DNA of 64,000 nt from a virus. Position 1 is the stretch's first letter. Every line of letters starts with the position of its first letter. This document shows, piece after piece, positions 51,396 through 61,616 of the stretch. Made by a program: the position numbers and the translations under genes. Below the pieces are notes generated by a model. It was not told the DNA's origin. It ran no database searches and saw only the letters and a program-made list of their open reading frames with translations. Where the stretch lies: positions 130,577 through 194,576 of the IMG/VR virus record IMGVR_UViG_3300009509_000001; one strand, written 5' to 3'.

Positions 51396-53138
51396 ATGTC
51401 ACATATACTCGCAGACTACGTCGATGCCGTGAAAGCCGGCAGAATAACATCGTTGGACCCGTTGGTATCGCTGTTCAAGTACCAGGGAAGGCCCATGAAC
51501 CTGCACCGGCACTTCCAGCTGGCGCCAATGTACAGTCTTCGGATGCCGACGAACATGGTTTTCCAGTGCGGCCGGCAGATCGCCAAGAGTTTCGGCATCG
51601 CGGAAAAGGGCATACTGCTCTCAGGCTCGCTGCCTGACTTCCACACACTATACGTGCAGCCGCGGTTCGACCAGATCAAACGCTTCAACACCGCGATCGT
51701 GCAGCCATTGCTGCGAAGCATGGTAATACGCGACCAGATAATCGAGAAGCAGCAGATCAGCAGCTTCCTCATGCGTAACTTCAAGAACAACTCCATCATG
51801 TATATGGAGTTTTGTCTTATCAGCCCGGACCGTACCCGCGGTATTTCGGGTGTGAGCCACGTATTCTACGACGAAGTGCAGGATCTGGATCTCGACAACA
51901 TCGAAATCATCAGCGAGGTCATGTCCGCCACCATCAACTATGGGTTCAGCCAGTATACGGGAACGCCGAAGACCACGGACGGAGCTCTCTCCGTTCTTTT
52001 CGACCGGTCGAGCCAGGCCCACGTGGTGCTTCCGTGCGAATGCGGCCACCACAACATGGCACACCCGAACGAAGACCTGTTCAAGATGATCGGAAAGTGG
52101 GACGACGTGCTGAAGACCGGCATACACTGCACGAAATGCGACCGCGGCCTGGATTGCCGCAAGGGTTACTTCAAGCATCTGTTCCCGGATAGGCGCGTGG
52201 ACTTCCCGGGATACCACGTCGGCCAGATCACGCACCCACTGCACTGTTCGCTGGAGTCGAAATGGAACACGCTGCTCTACAAGTACAACAATTATACGAA
52301 GGCAAAGTTCTTCAACGAAATCGCGGGCGTTCCATGTGACGAGTCGGTAAAGCTGCTTACCATGGCCGACCTGGAAAAGGCGTGCAACGACACGCTGCCG
52401 ACCATCGAGGAGGCGATAAAACGCCGCGGGTACTATGGTAACTGCATACTTGGCGTGGACTGGAGCGGTGGCGGATCATTGGGGAAATCCTACACGGCCG
52501 GGGCGATCGTAGGGGAAAGACCGGGTACTCAGAAACTGGACTGCATTCATGCCTTCAGGCTTCCGATGGGGATGAAGCCGGAAGACGAGGCCCAGATCCT
52601 GGTCCACTATATGGACAAATTCAAATGCCAGCTGCTGGCCCACGATTATACGGGCGCCGGCAATCTGCGCGAAGTCATGATGAACAACGCCGGCATCCCG
52701 GCGGAGCGGCTCGTACCGTTCACGTACGCCTGGGCGCCCAAAAAGGACATCATAAGCCTTTACGCGCCGGCCGACGGCAGCCGACAGTCGTACGTCCTGG
52801 ACAAGGCCCGAAGTCTGGCCATGATGTGCGGCCTGATCCGCGGCGGCATAATATCGATCCCGAAGATGCGCGACAAGGACGACAACCCGGTGATAACCGA
52901 CCTGTTGGCCCTCGTCGAAGATCCGAAGGAAATGCCCAGGGGCGGCATCATTTACATGATTCAGCGGTCGCCCGACAAGAGCGACGATTTTGCCCACGCA
53001 TTGAACATGGCGACCAGCGCTTTCTGGAAGATTCGCGGCGGATACCCGCAGGTTCACGACGTCGGACGGTACATGATAACCCCCGACGTATTGCGTGATA
53101 TTGACCCATTTATGGCACAACTTATGGCAGGGCCTTGA
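51396..53138 (+). CDS. terL: terminase large subunit (GpA-like)
   Basis: CGRQIAKS Walker A, FYDEVQD Walker B, GTPKT motif C, Cys-rich Zn segment, GVDWSGG nuclease motif and DDFAHALN. Confidence 0.85.
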   Translation: MSHILADYVDAVKAGRITSLDPLVSLFKYQGRPMNLHRHFQLAPMYSLRMPTNMVFQCGRQIAKSFGIAEKGILLSGSLPDFHTLYVQPRFDQIKRFNTAIVQPLLRSMVIRDQIIEKQQISSFLMRNFKNNSIMYMEFCLISPDRTRGISGVSHVFYDEVQDLDLDNIEIISEVMSATINYGFSQYTGTPKTTDGALSVLFDRSSQAHVVLPCECGHHNMAHPNEDLFKMIGKWDDVLKTGIHCTKCDRGLDCRKGYFKHLFPDRRVDFPGYHVGQITHPLHCSLESKWNTLLYKYNNYTKAKFFNEIAGVPCDESVKLLTMADLEKACNDTLPTIEEAIKRRGYYGNCILGVDWSGGGSLGKSYTAGAIVGERPGTQKLDCIHAFRLPMGMKPEDEAQILVHYMDKFKCQLLAHDYTGAGNLREVMMNNAGIPAERLVPFTYAWAPKKDIISLYAPADGSRQSYVLDKARSLAMMCGLIRGGIISIPKMRDKDDNPVITDLLALVEDPKEMPRGGIIYMIQRSPDKSDDFAHALNMATSAFWKIRGGYPQVHDVGRYMITPDVLRDIDPFMAQLMAGP

Positions 53139-53620
53139 CATACGGCGCAAACGCCGATACGGTAGGCACTGTAACTGAGGCACGAGGAATGCACCACGAG
53201 AAACCGGCAATAATCGACGAACTGCATGCTTATTTCAGGCAACTGCTTATCGATGGATTGACCCCGGAGCAACTCGAGCTTTTCGACTTCTTCAGTTCAT
53301 TGCCATCGTCGGAAATATCGGAGGACGACTACGAGGAGTTTCCGCTCTTCGAAGGTCTGCCGGAGATGTGCGACGAGGATTTACACGAATAAGAATGAGG
53401 TGAAGACATGAAGGCACTACCGGACTGCCCCATGGCCAAAAGCTGTATATGGGGAAGTCATCTTAAATCCGGTGGTTGGGTGGACTGCAACAAACGCAAG
53501 CGCCGCGAAGACGGGTTGTTTGAATGCCCTAATTTCAAGGCCAAGCCGTTGGTGACTCTGGACACCATTCCAGACCCTTCCGAAGAATTATTCCCGGAGC
53601 ACGACTATGGCAGAAAATAG
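53135..53620 (+). other. two small hypothetical genes (53135-53392, 53408-53620)
   Basis: ORFs downstream of terL; GAGG RBS before 53408. Confidence 0.4.
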
Positions 53621-53633
53621 ATCACTGGCCGAA

Positions 53634-54365
53634 CTAACCGGCCAACTGCCCGTCAAGTACGAGGATGCCGGCGCCGTCGCCCGCTGCCTCGAGGCGAGAC
53701 AGAAGAGTTTTGGCAGCGTCCTCTTCCTCCATCTGCTCCGTGACGAACCACTGAGCGAGCTCGAGAGTCCCGGCGTCGTCGGTGGCGATACACTCTTTCG
53801 CGATGATGCGCCAGTTCTTGGTAACCGCGCGCTCACGCTCGAGAATGCCCTGGATGGCTTCTTTGATGCTTGGGAACTTGACGGAAACACCCGCGATCTG
53901 GGGCAGCTCAGGCGTCGCGCCGAGCGTTACGAGGAAGTCGAGTATCTTCTTCATGTGCTGGAGTTCGCCACAAGCCTGCGTGCCTGCCCAGGTGGCAAAG
54001 CCGCTGAAGCCCTGGCCTTCGAACCAGCCAGCCGCCGCGATGTACTCGTAATAGGCGAAGAGCTCATTCCCGATTTGCTGGCAGAGCATCTGCTCGACAG
54101 CGTCCGTGATGAACTTAGTCTGCTGGGTTTCAGGCGTTTCGGGCGTCTCGAGGGCAGACGAAGTCTTGCCTTCGGTGGGCGTTTCGGCAGGGGCCGTCTT
54201 GACGGGCTCAGAAGGTTCATTCTCGATGTCGACTGTTCCGTCGGCGGCGTTCTTCGTCAGGAATGCTCTCAGTTTGGCGTTCATGATCCGGTATACCTCG
54301 AATTGTACTGTTATGAGTGGATCACGGCCGTCGACATGGACGGAAACCGCGAAATCATTGATCAA
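53634..54365 (-). CDS. ftn: ferritin with N-terminal extension
   Basis: QIGNELFAYYEY..AAGWFEGQGFSGFA.W...QA.GELQHMKKI...ILERERAVT....D.GTLELAQWFVTEQMEEE ferroxidase-type pattern; start uncertain. Confidence 0.85.
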   Translation of the reverse strand: MINDFAVSVHVDGRDPLITVQFEVYRIMNAKLRAFLTKNAADGTVDIENEPSEPVKTAPAETPTEGKTSSALETPETPETQQTKFITDAVEQMLCQQIGNELFAYYEYIAAAGWFEGQGFSGFATWAGTQACGELQHMKKILDFLVTLGATPELPQIAGVSVKFPSIKEAIQGILERERAVTKNWRIIAKECIATDDAGTLELAQWFVTEQMEEEDAAKTLLSRLEAAGDGAGILVLDGQLAG

Positions 54366-54403
54366 CTACTAATATAACACACATTACATCAAACGCAAAG
54401 GAG

Positions 54404-55042
54404 ATGAGTATGGCAGGAAAAGTGAAGACGGCGGTGGAGATCGCCCAGGAACGGGCGGCCAAGGGGCTGCAGGACCGTGACGACGGCAGGGTCGAAATCG
54501 ACTTCGACAATGTTACGATAACGCCGCAGGAGAAGACGCCGAGCCACGTGCTGAAGCAGGAAGAGGTCACCGGCTTCGACATCGACAAGAAGGGGACGCT
54601 GTTCAAAGACGACAAACAGACGTTCAGTCGCATCCGCGACGTGCGCGCCGAAGGCCACATGGTCTGGATCGAAGTCGATGAGGGCCGCATGGACGAGAAC
54701 CACGCCGCCGTGCTCGTGTCCAAGAAGGTCACGCCGGAAGAAGCGCTGGAACGCGCCATCGCGCTGAACCGCATGCTCATGCACAAAGCGATCAAGGTCG
54801 CCGACACGAAGCAGGTCGAGGACATCGTCGAGGCCACGATCACGGCCGTATTGGAAGCCCAGGAGAATGGCATGCGTGCGAGCGGCTGCACGAGGGAAGA
54901 CATCAAGCGTACGCGGAAAGCGCGGCTCGACCGCATCAATCAGTTCGAAGCGGCGGTGGCAAAGACCCGTGGCCCCAAGGAACTGTCCAAGCTTCAGGAC
55001 ATGCTGCTGTTCAAGAAGGTTCTGCAGAAAGTCGGAACCTAA
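54404..55042 (+). CDS. hypothetical protein
   Basis: 212-aa ORF with AGGAG RBS. Confidence 0.65.
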   Translation: MSMAGKVKTAVEIAQERAAKGLQDRDDGRVEIDFDNVTITPQEKTPSHVLKQEEVTGFDIDKKGTLFKDDKQTFSRIRDVRAEGHMVWIEVDEGRMDENHAAVLVSKKVTPEEALERAIALNRMLMHKAIKVADTKQVEDIVEATITAVLEAQENGMRASGCTREDIKRTRKARLDRINQFEAAVAKTRGPKELSKLQDMLLFKKVLQKVGT

Positions 55043-55072
55043 CCGGATTTCCTCAAAAAAAGCGTAAACGCT

Positions 55073-55121
55073 CCCGGTGCATCGCCTCAGTTACAGCTTC
55101 AGGTGCACCGGGTTTTATTTT
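55073..55121 (+). terminator. rho-independent terminator-like hairpin
   Basis: CCCGGTGCA/TGCACCGGG stem followed by TTTTATTTT, between convergent genes. Confidence 0.5.
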
Positions 55122-55384
55122 ACCCGGATTCCCAGCGAGCCGCCGTCGACGAACACGGACAGAACGGCCCCGGTCGGTACGCCGAACTGCTGCTCGAGCA
55201 TGGATCGCTTCGTACTGCACACGCTTTTGAGCATGGTGATGCTAGTCGACAGGCTCTGATTCTTGTTGCACTTCGCACAGGTCTTTCGCGTGGCCGTACG
55301 GTACGCGTTGAACAGGCTTATGCAATACCGATCCGCCGACATGACCGGGTCGGCCATGAGCTGCTGTATCATAATGGTTGACAT
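55115..55384 (-). CDS. hypothetical protein
   Basis: 89-aa ORF with a CxxC motif. Confidence 0.4.
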   Translation of the reverse strand: MSTIMIQQLMADPVMSADRYCISLFNAYRTATRKTCAKCNKNQSLSTSITMLKSVCSTKRSMLEQQFGVPTGAVLSVFVDGGSLGIRVK

Positions 55385-55442
55385 GGGTTGGCTGTACCTA
55401 TATATTATAAGAGTAAGCTTACAGTTAATCTAACCGAGGATC

Positions 55443-57585
55443 GTGCACATGTCCAACGTATTCAATGACCCAAACAACGCGACGCTTCTGAAGATCTGGC
55501 ATGAAATGGATGTGCCGGGCTTCGTCAAGACTGCCCAGGCGACTACGGAGCAGAACTACAATGTCGTCGACATCAAACATTTCGGTGATCCGGCCAAGCG
55601 TCTGTATCCCATCAACACCAAAAGCAATACCTGGCTCAGCCGCGAGCATTTCCGCCGCGACAAGACCGGCCTTCCGAAGGAAGCCGCCGAAGTCATCGAG
55701 TCCCGCATCAACAAGGCTGCTGCCTTCTGGGGCCTCGACGAGTCCAGCCGGGTCCGTGACCCGGAGCCCAAGCACACCATTTTCCAGGTCCACATCGACG
55801 GCGACCACAACACCGAGAAGACCGTCCTCGACCTGACCGGCCACTATAAACAGGCGTGTGAAACGTTCTACGCGAACCGCTCCGCCTATCCGTATGAAAC
55901 CAGGCGTTCATTCGCACGTCAGGTCATGGCCGCCCCCGATGACGTCAAAGAGCCGCTCGATCCGACGGTCGAGCAGGGTCTGTGCAAAATGGCCAACTAT
56001 GGCAGCTGCACCGGCAAGGCCGCACAGAAAGCCGTCTTCCGCCGCATGTGCTACGTCCGCAAAAAGGACCCCGCAACCTTCGGCCAGCTGGTCAAGGTCG
56101 CGAAGCACCTGGGCGACACCGAGGGCCTGGTCGGCATCGACCTGCTGCACAAGACCGCCCAGATTCTCGACACCGTCGACCGCTCAAACGGTCTGCACGT
56201 GCGTTACGGTCGCGAACTCGAAGCGCCGGAAGAGGAGCTCTTCAGCTTCACCGAGAAGCGTGCCAGCCATGTTCGCGACGAAGCCGTTATCATGGCCGAC
56301 GGCAGCATCTGCCGCCGCCGCGAACTGATCGAGCACAAGCCGCAGATCGACGAATACTTCACAAAGATCGCCGGCGAAACGCCGTACTCCAGCGATGATG
56401 AGATGGTCGAAGCCCTCGTCCAGCTCCACGCCGACGAAGTCCCGGCCCTCTACAACTTCCTGGGTACCGCATGCTAAAACCGGCCGACATATTCAGCCGC
56501 CCGGATATGTATGCCAGCTGCCTGCTGCTGATGGCCGTGGACAGCTGGGGAACCGAGTGCCTGGAATGGGAACCGGAAACCTTCACGAGCGCCGTTCGCG
56601 ATGAATTCGGCGTCGCGCTCCACGCCCTGAACTACGACAAGCTTAACGCGGCCGTAAGCGTCGTGCAGACGAATCTGTACCATCGCAGCATCGGCGCGTT
56701 CTGCGCGATCAACAAAGCTCTCAGCTTCAAGACCGTAAGCCCGAACGAGATGAACATCTGTTCGCTCGACGACGTGCTTTGGGGCACGACCGAAGCACAG
56801 CTGCTCGAGGGTAAGGAAGAGTATGTGGAGCAGGGGTTCACCCAGGACATCAGCCGTTACGTCGGCCAGCTACTGGAAGCCGAGGGCGTCATGACGCCAC
56901 CGAGCAACCTGCTGTTCGCCAAATACCAGGAGCACGTGGCCGAAGCCGTCAAAAACTCCGAATTCGACGACCCGATGACCTGGAAGATGCACATGTCCAG
57001 GGAAGAGGACGAGCTCAAGGAAATGAATCAGTTCATGGGCGTCAATCTTATGCGGATGTTCAAGCAGCTGAAGGTGCTTCCGCTGACGAACACCACCGAG
57101 ATTCAGCAGAACGTCGAGAACATGCTGTCGAACATCAAGGAAAAGCTCGGGTCATACGCCGAGGATGAGGAATACAATCCATGAGCCAACGCATTCTTGA
57201 AATAACCAAAAGGATCACCGAGATCACTGGCGTCGGGTCGCACCGGCTCCAGATGTGGGTAAGCGCGTACCAGGACATCGACCAGAACGTTTTCGTCTAC
57301 AAACGCAATCCGCCGGTACCGCCGGCAGTGACGTCCGAGGACGTGTACGTCAACATCGCGAGTGCCGCCGACATGGTGGAATATCCCATCGACAACCCCG
57401 ATCCGGAACTCCCGCCCTTCTTCCGCAAATCTTCGATCGACATCATCTTCAGAAGCGTCGACCTCATGAACCGAAGCATAGAGACCATGCTCGGCGATCT
57501 CCGTAACATGGTTCTGAACCTCGACGTACTGGACGAACAGGGAACCGAAGAGATCATCACCATCGAAGGCGACATCCTGCCCTAA
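55443..57585 (+). other. three hypothetical genes (55443-56477, 56471-57184, 57181-57585), possibly virion or morphogenesis related
   Basis: Overlapping co-directional ORFs with strong codon bias, close to terL. Confidence 0.65.
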
Positions 57586-58352
57586 TCCGGCCACTCCTCG
57601 AGATACTTCATAAGGTTCGGCACGTACATCGGATCGCTCATCAGCTCCAATCGCTCTTCGCGAAGTTCCGCCGCGATCTGCGGCCATTCCCCCAGCGACT
57701 CGTCGGCGGCCTCAGCCAGATGCCCGACGGCCAGCCACCGGTGAGCTGGATAACCCTGCTGCGATTCCTGGATGAGAATGATGGCCTGACTGATGTGTTT
57801 TCGCGCGCAATCCGCACATGCGGGACGAGGCGAACCCATGCTGACCTTGTCCACGCTCACCGTTTTGTCACGAATCGGCCCGTCGTTTTGTGAATTTCCC
57901 TGTGGAAAATCCAGACGGGATTTCACGGCCTCGGCGACTTCGCGCAGGATCTTCTTTTCCTCGCAGCTGGTGCAGTCCGACCGCCGGGCTTTGGCGAGCG
58001 CCTGGTCGATCATGTCGGCCGTCCACGGATACTTGTCCTTGTAGACTTCGAGCTGCTCCCGGATCAGGGCGCTGGCCATCAGGTCATTGCCCTGCTCGGC
58101 CATGGCGCCGTCCTGCATAAAGGGCAGCTGAACGTCACGGCCCTTGACCAGGTATTGATGCGTACCGCCGATCGCAGGCATTTCCACGATTTCGTATGGA
58201 TCATTCTCGTCGATGTTTTTCAGGAACTCCTGGATTTTATCAGGATGCGTGAGTCCTTTGAGCTTGGGATCGTCCTGGAACTGCCACACGGCCCACGTTA
58301 TGTTCATGGTTCCGGCTTTCATTCGCTCCAGCATTCTGTCGATGTCGATCAT
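57582..58352 (-). CDS. hypothetical protein with two CxxC motifs
   Basis: Start re-placed at MIDIDR; CTSCEEKKILRE and CADCARKH...E...GY..H. Confidence 0.6.
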   Translation of the reverse strand: MIDIDRMLERMKAGTMNITWAVWQFQDDPKLKGLTHPDKIQEFLKNIDENDPYEIVEMPAIGGTHQYLVKGRDVQLPFMQDGAMAEQGNDLMASALIREQLEVYKDKYPWTADMIDQALAKARRSDCTSCEEKKILREVAEAVKSRLDFPQGNSQNDGPIRDKTVSVDKVSMGSPRPACADCARKHISQAIILIQESQQGYPAHRWLAVGHLAEAADESLGEWPQIAAELREERLELMSDPMYVPNLMKYLEEWPD

Positions 58353-59881
58353 GGGTCTTTCCTCGGTATGAGTTCTATCTGCATGCGCTCGTGCGCCGTC
58401 CATAGGCCACGCCATATTCCGTCGCGGCACTCCTGCAGCATACAGATCGGCGTAGCCTTGACGCTGCCGGCAATGTTCAGTACGGGTACGCCGTTGACGG
58501 TGCGCACCCACCAGAAGCGTTCGTTGGCTCCGAGGCCCTCGACGACGCCACCTTCGGTAAATCTGCACGCGGAGCGGTCGAAGCCCACGCGTACATATAG
58601 ATAATCCTGCCCGGCCAGGCGTTTGGTCATCTGGACGTTGTCCATGGCCTCCAGGCTGGACTTGTCGGTCATCCGTATGGTGGTGGCGAACATCTCGTTG
58701 CCTAGCCACTGGCCTTTCCAGGCGCCGGCGCCGTCGTCGATCAACGTGGCCGTTACCTTGTGGTTGCATATATGGAGGGTCAGCGCCTCGCCGTATTTCT
58801 TTATATACCATTGGCGCTCCATCTCCATGGAACCTTCTCCAATGGTTCCGTCTGACTTGAACTCCATGCGTCGCGGCGGCTTGTCATCCAGTATGTATTC
58901 GACCGTGCGGTTCGACAGCTCGGCCGTGGCCACAAGCTCCTCCCGGCAAGTCGGCAGCGGTAGTTCGATGACGCCGTCCCATAACTCACGAAGTCGTTCC
59001 AGGTGCGCAAAGCATTCGGGTTCGCGCCTGAATCCCTGGATGGTGGCGTTCGTGCGCTCAAGCCGGAACTTATCCATGTTACGGTGCTGGAATACGATGT
59101 TTCCACTAAAATCGTGCTGGCACATGGTCGACCGCAGCCGATGGATCAGATGCGGGGTCATGGCGTACTCCGTGCCCAGGTAGCGCCAGGCCATGTGGTA
59201 GGTGTCCTTGTCGCCCCATATGTGCTGGTAATACGTGTCGCTGTACTCGTTCAGACACATTGTAAGGTTGAGCTCGTTCCAGCATTCCCGCTTGTTAACC
59301 ACGATCTGACCACTCTCGAATTCGCATTCGTCCCGGTATTCGATCTGCAGCAGTTTCCATATGCTGCGCTCCGGCCCGAGTCTTCCGAAGTCCGGCCAGA
59401 ACACGGCATGACGCTCACGGTACTGCGGCCAGTCGAACAGCTCCTCGAGATCGATGAGCGGTATGTTGTCGGCGTCCAGAAAGATGATCTCTTCAAAGCG
59501 GCTGTGGATTATGGCATAGGGGTTCATTTCCCATCCACCGACACGCCTGCTGGGTACTTCGGCAAGCTTATCCATGCAGTCGACGAATTCGACGCCGAGA
59601 CCGTCGAACAGGGCTTTGGCCCGGTCGTCCATCTCGAAAGCGCCGATATGCCACAGCTCGATGGGGAGCGTGCAGCCGGTATCCCGGACCATGTTCACGT
59701 TGACGTAGGCACACGCGATGTACTTCGGTCCGCCGGCGATCATCACGATGCCGCGCCCCTTGTACCGGCTTTCGTCGAAGTCCGGGATGCGTTCCATATA
59801 GTCGTCGATCTGCTGCTTGGCCGTATCGATCATCTGCTGGGTTACGTCGGCGGAACCGCCGTTGCGTTGAAAATCAGGCAT
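58349..59881 (-). CDS. alpha-mannosyltransferase-like glycosyltransferase (GT71/Mannosyl_trans3-like)
   Basis: LPIELWH, IIFLDADNIP (DxD), LFD.P.Y...AVFWPDF, FESGQIVVNK and WGDKDTY. Confidence 0.75.
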   Translation of the reverse strand: MPDFQRNGGSADVTQQMIDTAKQQIDDYMERIPDFDESRYKGRGIVMIAGGPKYIACAYVNVNMVRDTGCTLPIELWHIGAFEMDDRAKALFDGLGVEFVDCMDKLAEVPSRRVGGWEMNPYAIIHSRFEEIIFLDADNIPLIDLEELFDWPQYRERHAVFWPDFGRLGPERSIWKLLQIEYRDECEFESGQIVVNKRECWNELNLTMCLNEYSDTYYQHIWGDKDTYHMAWRYLGTEYAMTPHLIHRLRSTMCQHDFSGNIVFQHRNMDKFRLERTNATIQGFRREPECFAHLERLRELWDGVIELPLPTCREELVATAELSNRTVEYILDDKPPRRMEFKSDGTIGEGSMEMERQWYIKKYGEALTLHICNHKVTATLIDDGAGAWKGQWLGNEMFATTIRMTDKSSLEAMDNVQMTKRLAGQDYLYVRVGFDRSACRFTEGGVVEGLGANERFWWVRTVNGVPVLNIAGSVKATPICMLQECRDGIWRGLWTAHERMQIELIPRKDP

Positions 59882-61553
59882 AAGGGTTCTTCCAGGTGTC
59901 CAGGTATCGATTCATGACCTCTATCACTTGCTCCGGTTTTATGTCCGCCATACACCGCGGGTAACGGTCGCTGCCGACTTTCACCGGCTGCTCGCACAGA
60001 CTGCCGTTCTTCTTGGCGTTCCCGTCGCCGAGTTTGTAGGTACGGGCCTTCCAGCAGCCGCCCTGGCGATTGCACGAGTATTGCCCGCAGTTGTGGAGAA
60101 AGGCGTGATGCTGGTACATCTCCCAGTGAGCCGGCTCCCGGCCGCCGGCGACGACCACGCACGGCCGCTGCTGATACCCGGTCTTCGGGTCCGGCGGTAT
60201 GGCTGCAGCCAGATGCATAAGGCTGGTGATTCCACAGGTGGCGCCGGCGCTGTGGTACACCAGTCGACAGAGTTCGCGTAAATCCGTTTTGCCGATGAGA
60301 TCGATGACGTGCGGCAACTTTGGCTGATAATGCTTCAGCGATACGTTTCCTTTGGTACGCCGCCCGACCTGAACGAGGGTTATGCGGTCCTTCATGGCCT
60401 CGATGACTTCAAGCCAGTATTCCCGCGGCCACAGCTTCGTCGTAAAGTCGCTCTTGCCCCCGGCCATCAGCAGCCAGTAGGGTTGTGGATCGCCGATGAG
60501 TTCCTGCATCCTGGTTCCCCACAGTTTCTCCATGCCGCTTAGTACGATCTCGCCGGTGGTGCCCGTACAAGGTATGTCCAGGCCAAGTTCCTTCTCGAGG
60601 GTTTGGCGGTACCCGTGAATGAAGTGGAACGGCAGCTGATTGCATTTACCGATGGCATCCGTGTAGTTCAGCTTCACGGTCTTGGCGGTCTTGTCGCTGA
60701 GCAGGCGCTGGTCTACCTTTGGGTTGTTGTCCCAGAACTCTCGGCACGTCGTGTCCATCGCCACCTTGGTTTTCCCTCCGGTGGCCTTGTGGATGTCGCG
60801 CACCAAAGCCGTGGCCATTACGATGTCCCCGGGGCTCAGATGCGTGTGCAGTATAAGTTTGTCGGGCCACGTGGGTTTGGTCCGTGCCTCCGGCTGATTG
60901 CGCGGGGTGTCGCCCGGAGGGGCTATCGTCTGGAGGCGTGCACGCGTGACGCGAAGCAGATTCTTCATGCGGATGTCGGTCGCGAGTTCCCCGGCCGTAC
61001 CCAGCAGCCCGATGACACGGCCAAGGTCCTTATCCAACTCCAGATATTTCCAGATCTTCTCTATTGAAACGACCGCGTCCTCCTCGGTTATCTTCAACCG
61101 CGGACCAGCATATCCTTCACGGACGGCTTCGTTGTAGTGAGACTCCGCGTAGGCCAGGTGGTGCTTATACCCGTTGAGTACTTCGTTAAGCAGTATGGCG
61201 CAAGTGCAGAGGTGTTTCTGGACACAGTGGGGGCACTCCGCTTCGACGGGGGCGGGAAGCGTGGCTGGAGCGTCCGTGGGAGGCGTGAGTACTCCGCCAG
61301 GGTTAGCCGTCCTTATGGCCTCGTCTGAAAGGAAGCTCTTTAACCTGAAAAGTCGCAACCTGTCTGGTTTAAGGGCCATGAAGTCGGTCAGTATGTCTCG
61401 AAGATACTTGTTACGGGCGCAACCCTTGCAACCCTCAGCTTCTATCTGAGCGTGCACACGGTCTATGGTCGGCTTTAATTCCGGGTATACTTTCAGCAAT
61501 TCATCGCGGTTGTCATATAGCACCGCCGGCGTAATACGAGGCGCTTGTGGCAT
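59874..61553 (-). CDS. GT9 (ADP-heptose:LPS heptosyltransferase-like) glycosyltransferase with an extra N-terminal domain
   Basis: SPGDIVMATALVRDI, KLWPREYW and DLIGKTDLRELCRLVYHS....GITSLMHLAAA. Confidence 0.75.
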   Translation of the reverse strand: MPQAPRITPAVLYDNRDELLKVYPELKPTIDRVHAQIEAEGCKGCARNKYLRDILTDFMALKPDRLRLFRLKSFLSDEAIRTANPGGVLTPPTDAPATLPAPVEAECPHCVQKHLCTCAILLNEVLNGYKHHLAYAESHYNEAVREGYAGPRLKITEEDAVVSIEKIWKYLELDKDLGRVIGLLGTAGELATDIRMKNLLRVTRARLQTIAPPGDTPRNQPEARTKPTWPDKLILHTHLSPGDIVMATALVRDIHKATGGKTKVAMDTTCREFWDNNPKVDQRLLSDKTAKTVKLNYTDAIGKCNQLPFHFIHGYRQTLEKELGLDIPCTGTTGEIVLSGMEKLWGTRMQELIGDPQPYWLLMAGGKSDFTTKLWPREYWLEVIEAMKDRITLVQVGRRTKGNVSLKHYQPKLPHVIDLIGKTDLRELCRLVYHSAGATCGITSLMHLAAAIPPDPKTGYQQRPCVVVAGGREPAHWEMYQHHAFLHNCGQYSCNRQGGCWKARTYKLGDGNAKKNGSLCEQPVKVGSDRYPRCMADIKPEQVIEVMNRYLDTWKNPYA

Positions 61554-61616
61554 TTACAGCTCCTTTGTGTTATGGCTAATAATATCATAACACTGTCGCC
61601 GGCGGTTGTCAAATAA

